A stretch of DNA of 64,000 nucleotides, taken from assembly GCA_963804645.1 (NCBI GenBank), contig CAWDRG010000009.1, positions 480,001 to 544,000 on the forward strand, read 5' to 3'. The notes below the pieces were generated by a model. It made no database searches. It saw nothing but the letters and a program-made list of their open reading frames with translations, and was not told where the DNA came from. A program made the translations under genes and the position numbers. Shown in pieces: positions 47,935 to 57,956 of the stretch. The stretch comes from an uncultured Bacillota bacterium. GTDB lineage: Bacteria > Sysuimicrobiota > Sysuimicrobiia > Sysuimicrobiales > Segetimicrobiaceae. Each line of letters begins with the position of its first letter. The first letter of the stretch is position 1.

Positions 47935-49701
47935 GTGATCCGGGATCCTGAGCGGGTGCCCGACCCCGTCCGCTTCGAGGTCGTCCGCAACGCCCTCACG
48001 AGCGTGACCGAGGAGATGGCGACGGCGCTCAAGCGGAGCGCGTACTCGACCAACATCCGGACGCGCCACGACTTCTCGTGCGCGTTCTTCGACCGCGACC
48101 TGCGGGTCACCGCCCAGGCGTTTACACAGCCGGTGCACCTTGGATCCTTCGTGGAGCTCGTGCCCCGCGCGATCCGCGAGTACGGCGGCGCGCGTCTCCA
48201 GCCCGGCGACGTGATCGTGACGAACGATCCCTACTGCGGCGGCGTGCACCTGAACGACATCACGATGATCATGCCGGCGTTTTTCCAGGGCGAGCTCGTC
48301 GGCTATCTCGCCAATCTTGCGCACCATTCCGATGTGGGGGGCGGCGCGCCGGCGAGCATCGGGGCGTTTCGCGAGGTGTTTCAGGAAGGCGTGATCGTGC
48401 CTCCGGTGAAGGTGGTCTCCCGCGGGACGATCGTGGACGACGTGTTTCGCCTGATCCTGGCGCAGATCCGCAGCAAGCGGGAGACCGCGGGCGACCTGCG
48501 CGCGCAGGTCGCCGCGAACGTGACGGGAGAACGCCGGTTGGGCGACGTGTTCACCCGGTTCGGACTGCGCGAAGTTCGCGCCGACATCGATGCGCTGATC
48601 GAGTACACGCGCCGGCGGACCGGCGCGGCCCTGGCGCGGTTCCCCGCGGGAACCTATCGCGCCGAGGGCTTCGTCGACAACGACGGGTTTACCGACCGTC
48701 CGGTGCGGCTGTGCGCCGCCGTGACAATGGGGGACGCCGCCATCGAGTTTGATCTCTCTGGATCCGATCCGCAGCGGCGCGCGCCGGTGAACTCGACGCT
48801 GGCGCAGACGTTTTCGGCGTGCGCGTATGCTGCGAAGTGTCTGATCGACGACGACATCCCGGTCAATCAGGGGTTCTACGAGTGCATCCGAGTGCACGCG
48901 CCGCTCGGGACGGTGACGAACTGCGAGTCCCCGGCGCCGGTGGTCGGCGGATGGGAGACGCAGACGCGGCTGGTCGACGTGATCTTCAGGGCGCTGGCCC
49001 CGGTGATGGGCGATCGAGCGATCGCCGGGACCAAGGCGATGATGTGCCAGGCGGGCTTCGGCGGGATCGATCCGCGCAGCGGCGAGTACTATTGCGTGTA
49101 CGAGGCGCTCGCGGGCGGCTACGGTGCGCGGCGGGACAAAGACGGACCGGATGCGGTGCAGGCGCACGGGCAGAACACGGAAAACGCGCCGATCGAGGAG
49201 ATCGAGCTCAACTATCCCGTGCGGATCGCGCGGTACGAGTTAATCGAGGATTCCGAGGGTCCCGGGCGCCACCGGGGCGGTCTGGGGCTCCGCCGGGACT
49301 ACCTGTTTCCCGACCACGCGGCGTCGTTTACGGTTCTCGCCGATCGCGATCGCGCGGGTCCCTGGGGGCTTGAGGGAGGACTTCCCGGCCGCCCCGCGGA
49401 GTACTGGGTGTCTCGCCGGGGTACACTCCAAAGGCTTGGGTCCAAGATGACCCTCGAGGTCGGCGCGGGGGATGTGGTGAGCTTTCGAACGTGCGGCGGA
49501 GGCGGATTTGGCGTGCCCACCGAGCGCCATCCCGCCCTCGTTCTGGACGACGTCCGCCAGGGCAAGGTGAGCGTCGAACGCGCGTGCGAAATCTATCGTG
49601 TCGTGGTCGACAGGGCGACCTGGACGGTTGACGCGGCGTCCACGGCGCGGCTGCGAGCGGTCCGGGACGGAACCCGTTCGGGCGACGAGGGCGCCAGCTG
49701 A
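47935..49701 (+). CDS. Hydantoinase B/oxoprolinase family protein, copy 2
   Basis: Same motifs as copy 1 with long identical peptide blocks. Confidence 0.93.
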   Translation: MIRDPERVPDPVRFEVVRNALTSVTEEMATALKRSAYSTNIRTRHDFSCAFFDRDLRVTAQAFTQPVHLGSFVELVPRAIREYGGARLQPGDVIVTNDPYCGGVHLNDITMIMPAFFQGELVGYLANLAHHSDVGGGAPASIGAFREVFQEGVIVPPVKVVSRGTIVDDVFRLILAQIRSKRETAGDLRAQVAANVTGERRLGDVFTRFGLREVRADIDALIEYTRRRTGAALARFPAGTYRAEGFVDNDGFTDRPVRLCAAVTMGDAAIEFDLSGSDPQRRAPVNSTLAQTFSACAYAAKCLIDDDIPVNQGFYECIRVHAPLGTVTNCESPAPVVGGWETQTRLVDVIFRALAPVMGDRAIAGTKAMMCQAGFGGIDPRSGEYYCVYEALAGGYGARRDKDGPDAVQAHGQNTENAPIEEIELNYPVRIARYELIEDSEGPGRHRGGLGLRRDYLFPDHAASFTVLADRDRAGPWGLEGGLPGRPAEYWVSRRGTLQRLGSKMTLEVGAGDVVSFRTCGGGGFGVPTERHPALVLDDVRQGKVSVERACEIYRVVVDRATWTVDAASTARLRAVRDGTRSGDEGAS

Positions 49702-49869
49702 ACGCGCCGGCACGGCGGAGCCGCGCTCGTCGTCATCGAATGGTCAGGGGAAGCGCGCCCACCGTCGCCTCGCGGCCCCACCCAGGACCCCGGACGTGCG
49801 GAGGCGGCGGCGGGCCGCGCGGGAGCGGGCACGGCCCGTTCCCGGATGTGAGATGAACGGCGGAGGAGC

Positions 49870-51162
49870 GTGATACCGATGACGCAGGTGCCGGCGCGCT
49901 ACGCGTTGACGGGGGCGACGCTGATCGACGGCTCGGGAGCGCCACCGCGCTCCGCGACGACCGTCCTCGTCGACGGGCGGCAGATCGCCAAGGTCGGCCC
50001 GGCCGGCGCCGTCGAGCTGCCCTCCGACCTTCCGGTGTACGACCTCTCCGGGAAGACGTTGATGCCCGGCCTCATCGACGGCCACGTGCATCTCCTGTCG
50101 TATGCCGGAGAAGGGCACCGCGACGTTCATCTCTGGAACGTCTTGACGTTCATCGAGGAACAGGCGATTCACGCGGCGGCGAACGCGGTGAAGGCGCTGC
50201 GCGCGGGGGTGACCACCGTCCGCGACATGGCGGGCTCACGCCCGGAGATCTCCGCCAAGCATGCGACGCGCGATTTCGTCGTGCCCGGCGCCCGCATCGT
50301 CGCGTCGGGGTTTGTCGGCATGACCGCGGGGCACGGCGACATGTTCGTGCCGGCCTGCATCGACCGGCGGATGTGGCGCACGGCGGATGGCCCGGACGCA
50401 TGCCGGCAGCTCGTTCGGGAGTACGCGCGGGACGGAGTGGATCTGATCAAGATCTGCACGAGCGGGGGCGTCCTGTCGCTCGGCGACGAGATCGGCTGGA
50501 GGAACTACACGTCCGAGGAAGTGCGGGTGATCGTCGACGAGGCCCATGCGCTCGGCAAGCGGGTCGCGGTGCACGCGCACAGCCGCGCGGGGATTGCGCA
50601 GGCCCTCGACGCGGGCGTGGACACGCTCGAACACGGCTCCGAACTCGATCCCCCGCTGGTCGAGCAGATGGTCAACCAGGGGACGTGGCTCTGTCCCACG
50701 CTCGCGATCACGGAGTTCGTCGTCACGCGGGGAGCGGAGCGCGGCATCCCTGCGGCGGCGATCGAGAAGGCGGCGCCGGTGCGCCAGCGGCGCGTGCAGA
50801 GCATGGTGATGGCCTACCGCGCCGGCGTGAAGATGTTCATGGGGACGGACAGCTGCAATACGATGCCCTTCGGCTCCCACGCATGGGAACTCGAGTTGAT
50901 GCACCGGTACATCGGCATGAGCCCGATGGAAGTCATCGCGGCTGCGACCGGCGGGGCGGCCGATGCCCTGGGTCTCGGCGACAAGACGGGCACGATCGAG
51001 GCGGGCAAGTGGGCCGACCTGCTGGTCGTCGACGGAGACCCCCTGGCCGACCTGGCAATGTTGCAGAACGAGGCCCGCCTGCTCGGCGTGTTTCGCGACG
51101 GGCGCCTGCTCATCGATCGCGGGCTCACCCGGCAGCGCGCGATCGCGCTCGGCACGCCGTAG
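49870..51162 (+). CDS. Metal-dependent amidohydrolase (prolidase-like subgroup)
   Basis: PGLIDGHVH, IKICTSGG, VHAH, LEHG, GTD, ADLLVVDGDPL. Confidence 0.92.
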   Translation: MIPMTQVPARYALTGATLIDGSGAPPRSATTVLVDGRQIAKVGPAGAVELPSDLPVYDLSGKTLMPGLIDGHVHLLSYAGEGHRDVHLWNVLTFIEEQAIHAAANAVKALRAGVTTVRDMAGSRPEISAKHATRDFVVPGARIVASGFVGMTAGHGDMFVPACIDRRMWRTADGPDACRQLVREYARDGVDLIKICTSGGVLSLGDEIGWRNYTSEEVRVIVDEAHALGKRVAVHAHSRAGIAQALDAGVDTLEHGSELDPPLVEQMVNQGTWLCPTLAITEFVVTRGAERGIPAAAIEKAAPVRQRRVQSMVMAYRAGVKMFMGTDSCNTMPFGSHAWELELMHRYIGMSPMEVIAAATGGAADALGLGDKTGTIEAGKWADLLVVDGDPLADLAMLQNEARLLGVFRDGRLLIDRGLTRQRAIALGTP

Positions 51163-51270
51163 CCGCACCCGCCAGCATGTGAAGGCGACGGCGCGTGCCG
51201 CGCCGCGCGTGCGCGTGTTCGCCTCCCGTGTGGGAACCGCACCGCCTCATTTTCACGGTCCCATCAGTTC

Positions 51271-51313
51271 TTAACACGGTCTTCACGGCATATTCACGAC
51301 GGACCGCTACCGT
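51271..51313 (+). promoter_or_regulatory. Pho-box/OmpR-type direct repeats with -10
   Basis: TTAAC(51271), TTCAC(51282), TTCAC(51293) at 11-bp period; TACCGT at 51308. Confidence 0.55.
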
Positions 51314-51388
51314 GTGAGCGAGGCGGGGCGGATCGCCCCGTGGCGGCGCGGCGAGCGCCCATCGATCGCCTCCGAGGGAGGACGCGAC

Positions 51389-51601
51389 ATGCACATGACG
51401 GTGGATGCCCCCATTTCCGGCCGGCCCCTCCGTGAGGTGCCCATTTATCTGCACACCACGTGCGGGACGTGCGGCGCCGACGAGGGCGTGGCGGTGCGGT
51501 ACCGGGGTTCGGTGCTCTGCCTCGACTGCTACCGCAACGCGAAGCGCGCGGCGCGCGAGCGGCGGCGCAGGCTCACGGTGCTCGGCGGCAAGGGAGCGTA
51601 G
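51389..51601 (+). CDS. Small zinc-finger protein
   Basis: CGTC...CLDC, basic tail; GGAGG RBS. Confidence 0.65.
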   Translation: MHMTVDAPISGRPLREVPIYLHTTCGTCGADEGVAVRYRGSVLCLDCYRNAKRAARERRRRLTVLGGKGA

Positions 51602-51652
51602 CGGGCGCGGGCGGCGCTGGAAGCGCGCGCGCCCGCGGGGTACGATGGGGGC

Positions 51653-52474
51653 GTGAACGCGCAGAGGCGGCGAGGTGCTCCCCGGCTACTGCCCGCGCTC
51701 GGACTCGCGGCCGCGCTCGCGGTGGGCGTGTGGGTGCGGCCGGCCGTGGCGCAGTCGTTCGCGCGGCAGATCCCGCTGCACGGCGTGTTTGTGCTCGTCA
51801 CCATGGATCGGGTCACCTGGCAGCCCTACGAGTACGGAACGGGGTTCTTTTTCGACGCCGTCGGGGACGCGTACACCGCGTCCAACGTCGTCCGAGACGC
51901 CGTGAAGGATCCGTACCTCATGCTCGTCGCGCTGGTCGACGGCGCGGAGTACGCGGTGCACGTGGCGTGCTGGAATCCCGGCTCGACGGACCGGCCCCGG
52001 ACGCCCAACCGCGATGTCGCCGTCGTGCACGTCGGCCCGGACGTGCCCGACTTCCCGCTGTGGTCGTACCATCCCGCCACCGTACCTCTCTCCGTCGTCC
52101 CGCTGCCGATCGACGCCGGCGGGCCGCCGACCGACGGGCAGAGCGTCCGGGTCGTGGGATTCGGCGGCCGCCGCGGGGGCCGCATTCCGGAGCAAGACAC
52201 ACCGGGGAGCGTGCGCGACGTGCGGCGCGCCGCCGACGGGACGGAGATCCTGACGGTCGCGTTCCCGGGCGGCGGCCCCGTGAACGGCAACGCGGGGGCA
52301 CCGGTGGTGAATGGCGCGGGCAGCGTCATCGGGATCGCGGTGTGGCAGGTGGCGAGCGCGGGTTCCCAAGATGCGGTGGATGTCAGCGGCGTGGCGGCGG
52401 CGTCGCTCGGGTGCGTCGCCACGCTTCCGTCAGGCTCGTCCAGTCCCTTCCCGGCCCCGGTGCGGCCCCTCTAG
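51653..52474 (+). CDS. Secreted trypsin-like fold protein lacking catalytic His and Ser
   Basis: GTGFF...YTASNVV, RDVAVV, GNAGAPVVN..G.VIGI. Confidence 0.7.
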   Translation: MNAQRRRGAPRLLPALGLAAALAVGVWVRPAVAQSFARQIPLHGVFVLVTMDRVTWQPYEYGTGFFFDAVGDAYTASNVVRDAVKDPYLMLVALVDGAEYAVHVACWNPGSTDRPRTPNRDVAVVHVGPDVPDFPLWSYHPATVPLSVVPLPIDAGGPPTDGQSVRVVGFGGRRGGRIPEQDTPGSVRDVRRAADGTEILTVAFPGGGPVNGNAGAPVVNGAGSVIGIAVWQVASAGSQDAVDVSGVAAASLGCVATLPSGSSSPFPAPVRPL

Positions 52475-52511
52475 CGGCGGACACCCGACGCGCGCGGCCG
52501 GCCCTCTCAGG

Positions 52512-53501
52512 CTACGGCATCTCGACGACGGCCTTGCAGAAGCCGGGCGATTTCGTCTCGAGCGCGCCGAACGCCGCGTGAATCTCGTCCAGGCCGAACC
52601 GGTGCGTGATCAGCGAGGCCACGTCGATCTGCCCGGTCTCGAGCAGGCGGAGCCCGGTTCGCACGCACGCCGTTTTCACGTCGAGCCTGCGTTCGTGGGC
52701 GTTCTGCACATCGAGCGCTTTCCAGTTCCAGAGCTGCAGGTGCACGTGTCGCCAGCCGCCGCCCTCGTTGTGGTAGCCGAGGATGGAGATCTGCCCATGC
52801 TCGCGCGCGAGTTCGCCGGCGAGCGTCAATCCCGGCTGCGTGCCGGACGCTTCGACCGCCACGTCCACGCCCCACCCGGGTTCCATGACCCGCCGCTGAG
52901 GGACCCGCAGCCGCTCCGGGAGCCGGTCGGGCGTATAGGCGTCGTGCGCGCCCAGGCGCCTGGCCGCCTCCAGGGCGTCGGCGCGGATGTCGATCGCGAT
53001 GATGCGGCTCGCGCCCCGCAGGCGCACCGCCTGCAGCATCAGCAGCCCCATGAAGCCCACGCCGATGATCGCGACCGTGTCCCCGAGCTCGACGCGCGTC
53101 CGGGCCGCGGCGCCCACGATGCACGCCAGCGGCTCACCGAGCGCGTCGCGCACGGCGAGGCCGTCGGGGATCGGCACCACGCGGTCCTCGGTCGCAATGG
53201 CGTCCTCGGAGAAGCCCCCCCTGAACAGGCCGGTCACGGCCGCGCCCGGCTTCACGGCCGTCACGTCCGTCCCGACCTCGACCACCTCGCCGGCGACCTC
53301 ATGTCCGAGCTCGAGGGGCGCCCCCTGGGGACCGGTCTTCCACTCCGGCTGCTCCGACGCGCACACACCGCACATGCGCACGCGGACCCGGACCTCCCGC
53401 GGCGCGAGGGCGCGCGGCGGCCGCGCCTCGAACTCAAAGCGGCGCGGGCCGACCAGCAGCGCATGCCGCGGACGGCGATCTTCCCGGAGCATTCGATTCA
53501 C
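52512..53501 (-). CDS. Zinc-binding (MDR) alcohol/sugar dehydrogenase
   Basis: CGVCASE, LGHEVAG, EPLAC, GVGFMG. Confidence 0.9.
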   Translation of the reverse strand: MNRMLREDRRPRHALLVGPRRFEFEARPPRALAPREVRVRVRMCGVCASEQPEWKTGPQGAPLELGHEVAGEVVEVGTDVTAVKPGAAVTGLFRGGFSEDAIATEDRVVPIPDGLAVRDALGEPLACIVGAAARTRVELGDTVAIIGVGFMGLLMLQAVRLRGASRIIAIDIRADALEAARRLGAHDAYTPDRLPERLRVPQRRVMEPGWGVDVAVEASGTQPGLTLAGELAREHGQISILGYHNEGGGWRHVHLQLWNWKALDVQNAHERRLDVKTACVRTGLRLLETGQIDVASLITHRFGLDEIHAAFGALETKSPGFCKAVVEMP

Positions 53502-53510
53502 GGGGGCCTC

Positions 53511-54383
53511 CTACTGTTTGACCGATCCGGCGAGGGCGCCCTGCACCATGTAACGCTGCGCGAAGAGGACGAAGAGGAACGCGGGAATCAGGGCGAGCGT
53601 GCTCGCCGCGAACAGCGGCCCCCAGTTCGTCTGGTACTCGGCGACGAAGACGAACACGCCCACCGGGATCGTCTCCGCGTGGGGGTTGCGCAGGAACACG
53701 GACGCGATCAGGAACTCGTTCCACGACAAGAGGAACGAGAAGATCGAGATCGCGGCGACCCCCGGACCGGACAGCGGGAGCGCGATGCGCCAGAAGCTGC
53801 CGAAGTGCGAGCAGCCGTCCACCCAGGCCGCTTCTTCCATTTCCCGCGGCATGCCGTCGAAGAAGCCCTTCGCCATCCAGATGCCGTAGGGCAGCACGCC
53901 GGCGACGTACAGCGGCACCACGGAGAACCACGAGTTGATCAGCCGGAGATAGCCGAACAGGATGAACAGCGGGATTAGCTCCAGCATGATCGGAAACATC
54001 TGCAGGATCAGCACGGACCGCGCGTACCCCGCGGTGAACGCGTTCACGGTCCGCGAGAGGCTGTAGCCGGCCAGGATCGCGACGGTCACGCTGATGACGG
54101 TGGTCAGCACCGTGACCGAGACGCTCGTCCGTACGAAGCTCCAGAAGTCCGTCTGCGTCCCGAGGATGTGATAGTTCGACAGCGTCCAATGAAGCGGAAG
54201 GATGGAGTTCGTGATCAGGAACTCCTCGGTCGATTTCAGCGAGTTCACGAGAACCACCAGCACGGGGATGTTCGCCCCGATCGCCAGCACGACGAGGGCC
54301 CACACCCGCAGTCGGTGCCCGCGCCGGCGCGCGCCGGCCGCCCTGACCGCGAACGGCGCCGCGCCGGCGGCCGCCGCGCTCAT
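53511..54383 (-). CDS. Carbohydrate ABC transporter permease
   Basis: EMEEAAWVDG, SWNEF. Confidence 0.93.
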   Translation of the reverse strand: MSAAAAGAAPFAVRAAGARRRGHRLRVWALVVLAIGANIPVLVVLVNSLKSTEEFLITNSILPLHWTLSNYHILGTQTDFWSFVRTSVSVTVLTTVISVTVAILAGYSLSRTVNAFTAGYARSVLILQMFPIMLELIPLFILFGYLRLINSWFSVVPLYVAGVLPYGIWMAKGFFDGMPREMEEAAWVDGCSHFGSFWRIALPLSGPGVAAISIFSFLLSWNEFLIASVFLRNPHAETIPVGVFVFVAEYQTNWGPLFAASTLALIPAFLFVLFAQRYMVQGALAGSVKQ

Positions 54384-55333
54384 CGGGCCGCCTCCACGGG
54401 TGCGGCGGCGACGACTTCACGGCGGGACCGCAGCAGCAGGAGGGCCAGGGCCATCAGCACCAGCAGGCTGATGATCGCCACCGCCGCCCCGTACCCGACG
54501 TTGTCGCCGATGAACGTGTAGTTGTACGACAGGACCATCAGGTTCATGGTCGCGGTCCCCGGACCGCCCTGCGTGAGCAGCCAGATCGTCTCGAAATCGT
54601 GGATCGAGAAGATCGCCATCATGATCCACAGCACCACCGACAGGGTCGCGATGTGCGGCCACGCGATGTGCTTGAACCACGCGATCCGGCCGGCGCCGTC
54701 GGCCGCCGCGGCCTCGGTCAAGTTGGGATCGATCGTCTGCAGGGCCGCGAGGCAGGACACCATCATGAACGGGTACGAGCGCCAGACCTTGACGAGCGTC
54801 ACCGTAAACGCCGCCCACCCGGGGGTGGCGAAGAACGGGATCGATGACATGCCGAGCGCGTGGAGCATCACGTCGACCGGGCCGTTTTGGATCATCAGCC
54901 AGCGGAAGCTCTGGGTGCTCACGATCGACGGGATGATCCACGGGATCAGCAGGGCGCCCCGGTACAGGCCTCGACCGGCGAGCTCCGCGTTGAGCAGCAG
55001 CGCGAGGCCGAGGCCGATCAGGTAACTGCCGACGACGGTGCCGACCGTAAAGATCGCGGTGAAGACGACGGAGTGCTGGAAATCCGGGTCCTGAAGCAGC
55101 TGCGCGTAGTTATCGAGCCCGACGAATCCGCCGAGATCCAGCAGCGACCCGCCCCGAAGGCTGTACGAGAGGCCGACGATGAACGGGTACCCCATGATCA
55201 GGACGAAGATCAGGAGCGACGGTGCGAGGAAGGCGTACGGGAGCCAATCGATCGGCCGGCGCCGGGGGGCCTGTGTCAGGACCCCCCGGCGCGGCATGAG
55301 CGGAGCCGCTTCCGCCGATATTCGCCTGGCCAC
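54380..55333 (-). CDS. Carbohydrate ABC transporter permease
   Basis: FVGLDNY, LTEAAAADGA, LLTQGGPG. Confidence 0.93.
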   Translation of the reverse strand: MARRISAEAAPLMPRRGVLTQAPRRRPIDWLPYAFLAPSLLIFVLIMGYPFIVGLSYSLRGGSLLDLGGFVGLDNYAQLLQDPDFQHSVVFTAIFTVGTVVGSYLIGLGLALLLNAELAGRGLYRGALLIPWIIPSIVSTQSFRWLMIQNGPVDVMLHALGMSSIPFFATPGWAAFTVTLVKVWRSYPFMMVSCLAALQTIDPNLTEAAAADGAGRIAWFKHIAWPHIATLSVVLWIMMAIFSIHDFETIWLLTQGGPGTATMNLMVLSYNYTFIGDNVGYGAAVAIISLLVLMALALLLLRSRREVVAAAPVEAAR

Positions 55334-55357
55334 GATCTCTCGGGGCGCGCCCGCCTC

Positions 55358-56678
55358 TTACGCGGACCGCTTCATGATCGTCTCGATGCTCTTCTGCGCG
55401 GTCCCGAGCGCCTGCTTGGGATCCTTCCCGGACAGGAGGTCGTTGACGAGCACGGCCAGTTCGCCGATGCCCTCCACGGAGTTCAGCTGCGGGAACAGCG
55501 TCGGATAGTGCGTGCCCATCGTCCGTCCGACCGGGATCCACTCGGCTCTGGATCCGCTTGGCGATCGGGTTATTGAAGTACGGGTTCGCGGCCACGGACT
55601 TCCGCACCGGCACCTGCTGGGCGTGGCCTTCGTAGAACAGCGGTCCGTTGTTGACCGCCCACCACTTGATCCACGCCTTCCCGCCCTCGGGGTCCTTGCT
55701 CTTGCTGAACGCGAAGCAGTTGTTGACCCAGTACAGGGCGCCCTTGTCCCCGTGCGGTCCCGTGGGCGGGGTCAGCAGATCCATCTTGCCGGCCAGCGAC
55801 GGCAGGAGCGCCGGCAGGGCCGGCTGGTTGATGTAGATGGCCGCCTGGCCCTCGGCGAACGCCTTGGTGGCGTCGTCCTTGCTGTTGCCTGGGGCGTTGG
55901 GGCTGATGTAGCCGCGCTTGACCAGGTTGGACAGGAAGGTGGCCGATTCGACGTTGCGCTCGCTCACGACCGCGACGTTCCGCTGCGCGTCGAACAGGCC
56001 GCCGCCGTTCTCGAAGAAGAAGTTCATCATCTGCTGCCAGCCGAACTGGCCGGACGCGAACGACTGGAGGTAGATGTTCTTGGCCTTCAGCGCCGCGCCG
56101 ACCTTCATCATGTCGTCCCAGTTCTTCGGCTCTGTCAGCCCGTTCTGCTGCAGGATGTCCTTCCGGTAGTACGCGACGCGGATGTCCATGCCGCTCGGCA
56201 GGCCGACGTAGTGCCCCTGCCATCTCATGAGATCCAGGATGCCGGGGAAGAAGTCGTTGTACGTGCCTTCCGTCTTATACGCGGCGACGACGTCGTCGAG
56301 GATGGACGTCTGGCCGATCGCGTTGTACTGCCACGGCATGTAGGCGGTCCCCGCCACCGCGTCCGGCTGCGTCCCCGACGCGATCGCCGTCCCGAGCTTC
56401 TCGTACCAGGTGTTGCTGCCGCCGCTCGGGATCGCGTTCCACGTCACCGAGTAGGCGCTCTGCGAGCTGCTGAACTGGGCCGCGAGCTTCTTGTCGACGT
56501 CCGCGTACTCCGGCCCGCCGCGCACCGAGATCCACCACTCGACGTCCTTCGGGGCGGCGAACGCCGCCTGGCCGCGCGCCCCCGGGCCCGCCTCGAGGAG
56601 GCCCGAGAGACCTAGCCCCGCAAGACCCACTCCGGTTCTGGTCAAGAACTGCCGTCTCGTCACGCCTCGCCCTGCCAT
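55358..56678 (-). CDS. Carbohydrate ABC substrate-binding protein (Tat signal), frameshift near 55548
   Basis: TRRQFL leader, YYRKDIL, PKNWDD; C-terminus EWIPVGRTMG...IETIMKRSA* restored by deleting one base. Confidence 0.85.
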
Positions 56679-56762
56679 GTGGCTCTCCCTCCCTCTCTCC
56701 GTTTACTGCCTCCTGCCGGTCGTCGGTCCGCTCGCGGTGTCGCGAGACGCGCGCCCGCCGCG

Positions 56763-57956
56763 TCAGGCACCGCCCCTGGGATATCCGCACAGTGACTCGC
56801 TGCCTCTGGCCGTCACGATCAGGTTTTCCTCCATCCGCACGCCGCCCCACCCTTCGATGTAGACCGCCGGCTCGACGGCGAGCGCCATGCCCTCCTCGAG
56901 CACGTCGTCGCTCGCCGGATGGAGCGTCGGGATCGGGTCGTGAAACTGCAGCCCGACGCCGTGCCCGAGCTGGTGCGGAAACTTGTCGGCGAGGCCGTGC
57001 CCGGCCAGGGACTTGCGGGCGAGCGCGTCGAGGTCCCGCGCCTTCACGCCGGGCTTGACGGCGGCGATCACCGTGTCGATGGCGCCGCGGACCGCCCTGA
57101 AGAGCGTCTTCGTGCGGTCGTCGGGCTCGCCTCCCACCACGAACGTGCGCGTGAGGTCGCCGAAGTACCCATCGGCGAACGTGTTGAGTTCGACCAGCAC
57201 GGGCTCGCCCGCCGCGAGCTTCTTCGCGGTCGACATGCAGAACGGGCGCCACGAGTTGGCCGAGTTCGGCCCGGACATCGCGAAGCAGAACCCGCGGGCG
57301 CGCTCGGTCCCCCGGTGCCCCACGCCGGCGCCGTACGCGCGCGCCTCGACGGCGCCCGCGACCGCGGCCTCCGTCACGCCCGCCCGGATGGCCTCCGCGG
57401 CGGCCTCATATCCAAACGCCGCGATCTCGTTGGCGCGGCGGATCGCGTCGATCTCCGCCGCCGACTTGACCGCGCGGCTGCGCAGCAGGACAGGCGTCGC
57501 GTCGACCAGGGTCGCGCCCGGCGCGCTCTCACGCACCATGCGCAGGGTGGTCTCGGCGATGACGCGCGCTTCCCCCGCGACGTTGTTCGCCGCCACGAGT
57601 TCGAAGCTGCCCTCGTACCCGATCCGGGCCTTTCCCAATCCTTTGTCGGCGACCACGCGCTCGAGCACCGGCTTCGTGTCGCGGTTCGCGTTCGCCATCT
57701 TGTCCATGTTGACAAACCGGTACGGGCGCACGTCCGCGACCCAGCCCCGCTTCACGTAGTCGAGCTCCGAGAACGGCGGGATGAGGGTCACGTCGCCGTC
57801 CTTCGTGACGACCGCCGTCGACGCCCCGATCACCGGCCAGTACCCGGTGACGTACAGGACGTTCTCGGGCAGGCGGCAGACGAGCGCATCGAGGCCCGCC
57901 TGCTTCATGCCGTCCCGGAGCCGGGTCAGGCGCTCCGTGTCCACCGGGTTAGCCAT
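56763..57956 (-). CDS. M24 family (Xaa-Pro) peptidase
   Basis: RAVKSAAEI, GYFGDLTRTF, HQLGHGVG..FHD, VEPAVY, GVRMEE. Confidence 0.9.
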   Translation of the reverse strand: MANPVDTERLTRLRDGMKQAGLDALVCRLPENVLYVTGYWPVIGASTAVVTKDGDVTLIPPFSELDYVKRGWVADVRPYRFVNMDKMANANRDTKPVLERVVADKGLGKARIGYEGSFELVAANNVAGEARVIAETTLRMVRESAPGATLVDATPVLLRSRAVKSAAEIDAIRRANEIAAFGYEAAAEAIRAGVTEAAVAGAVEARAYGAGVGHRGTERARGFCFAMSGPNSANSWRPFCMSTAKKLAAGEPVLVELNTFADGYFGDLTRTFVVGGEPDDRTKTLFRAVRGAIDTVIAAVKPGVKARDLDALARKSLAGHGLADKFPHQLGHGVGLQFHDPIPTLHPASDDVLEEGMALAVEPAVYIEGWGGVRMEENLIVTARGSESLCGYPRGGA

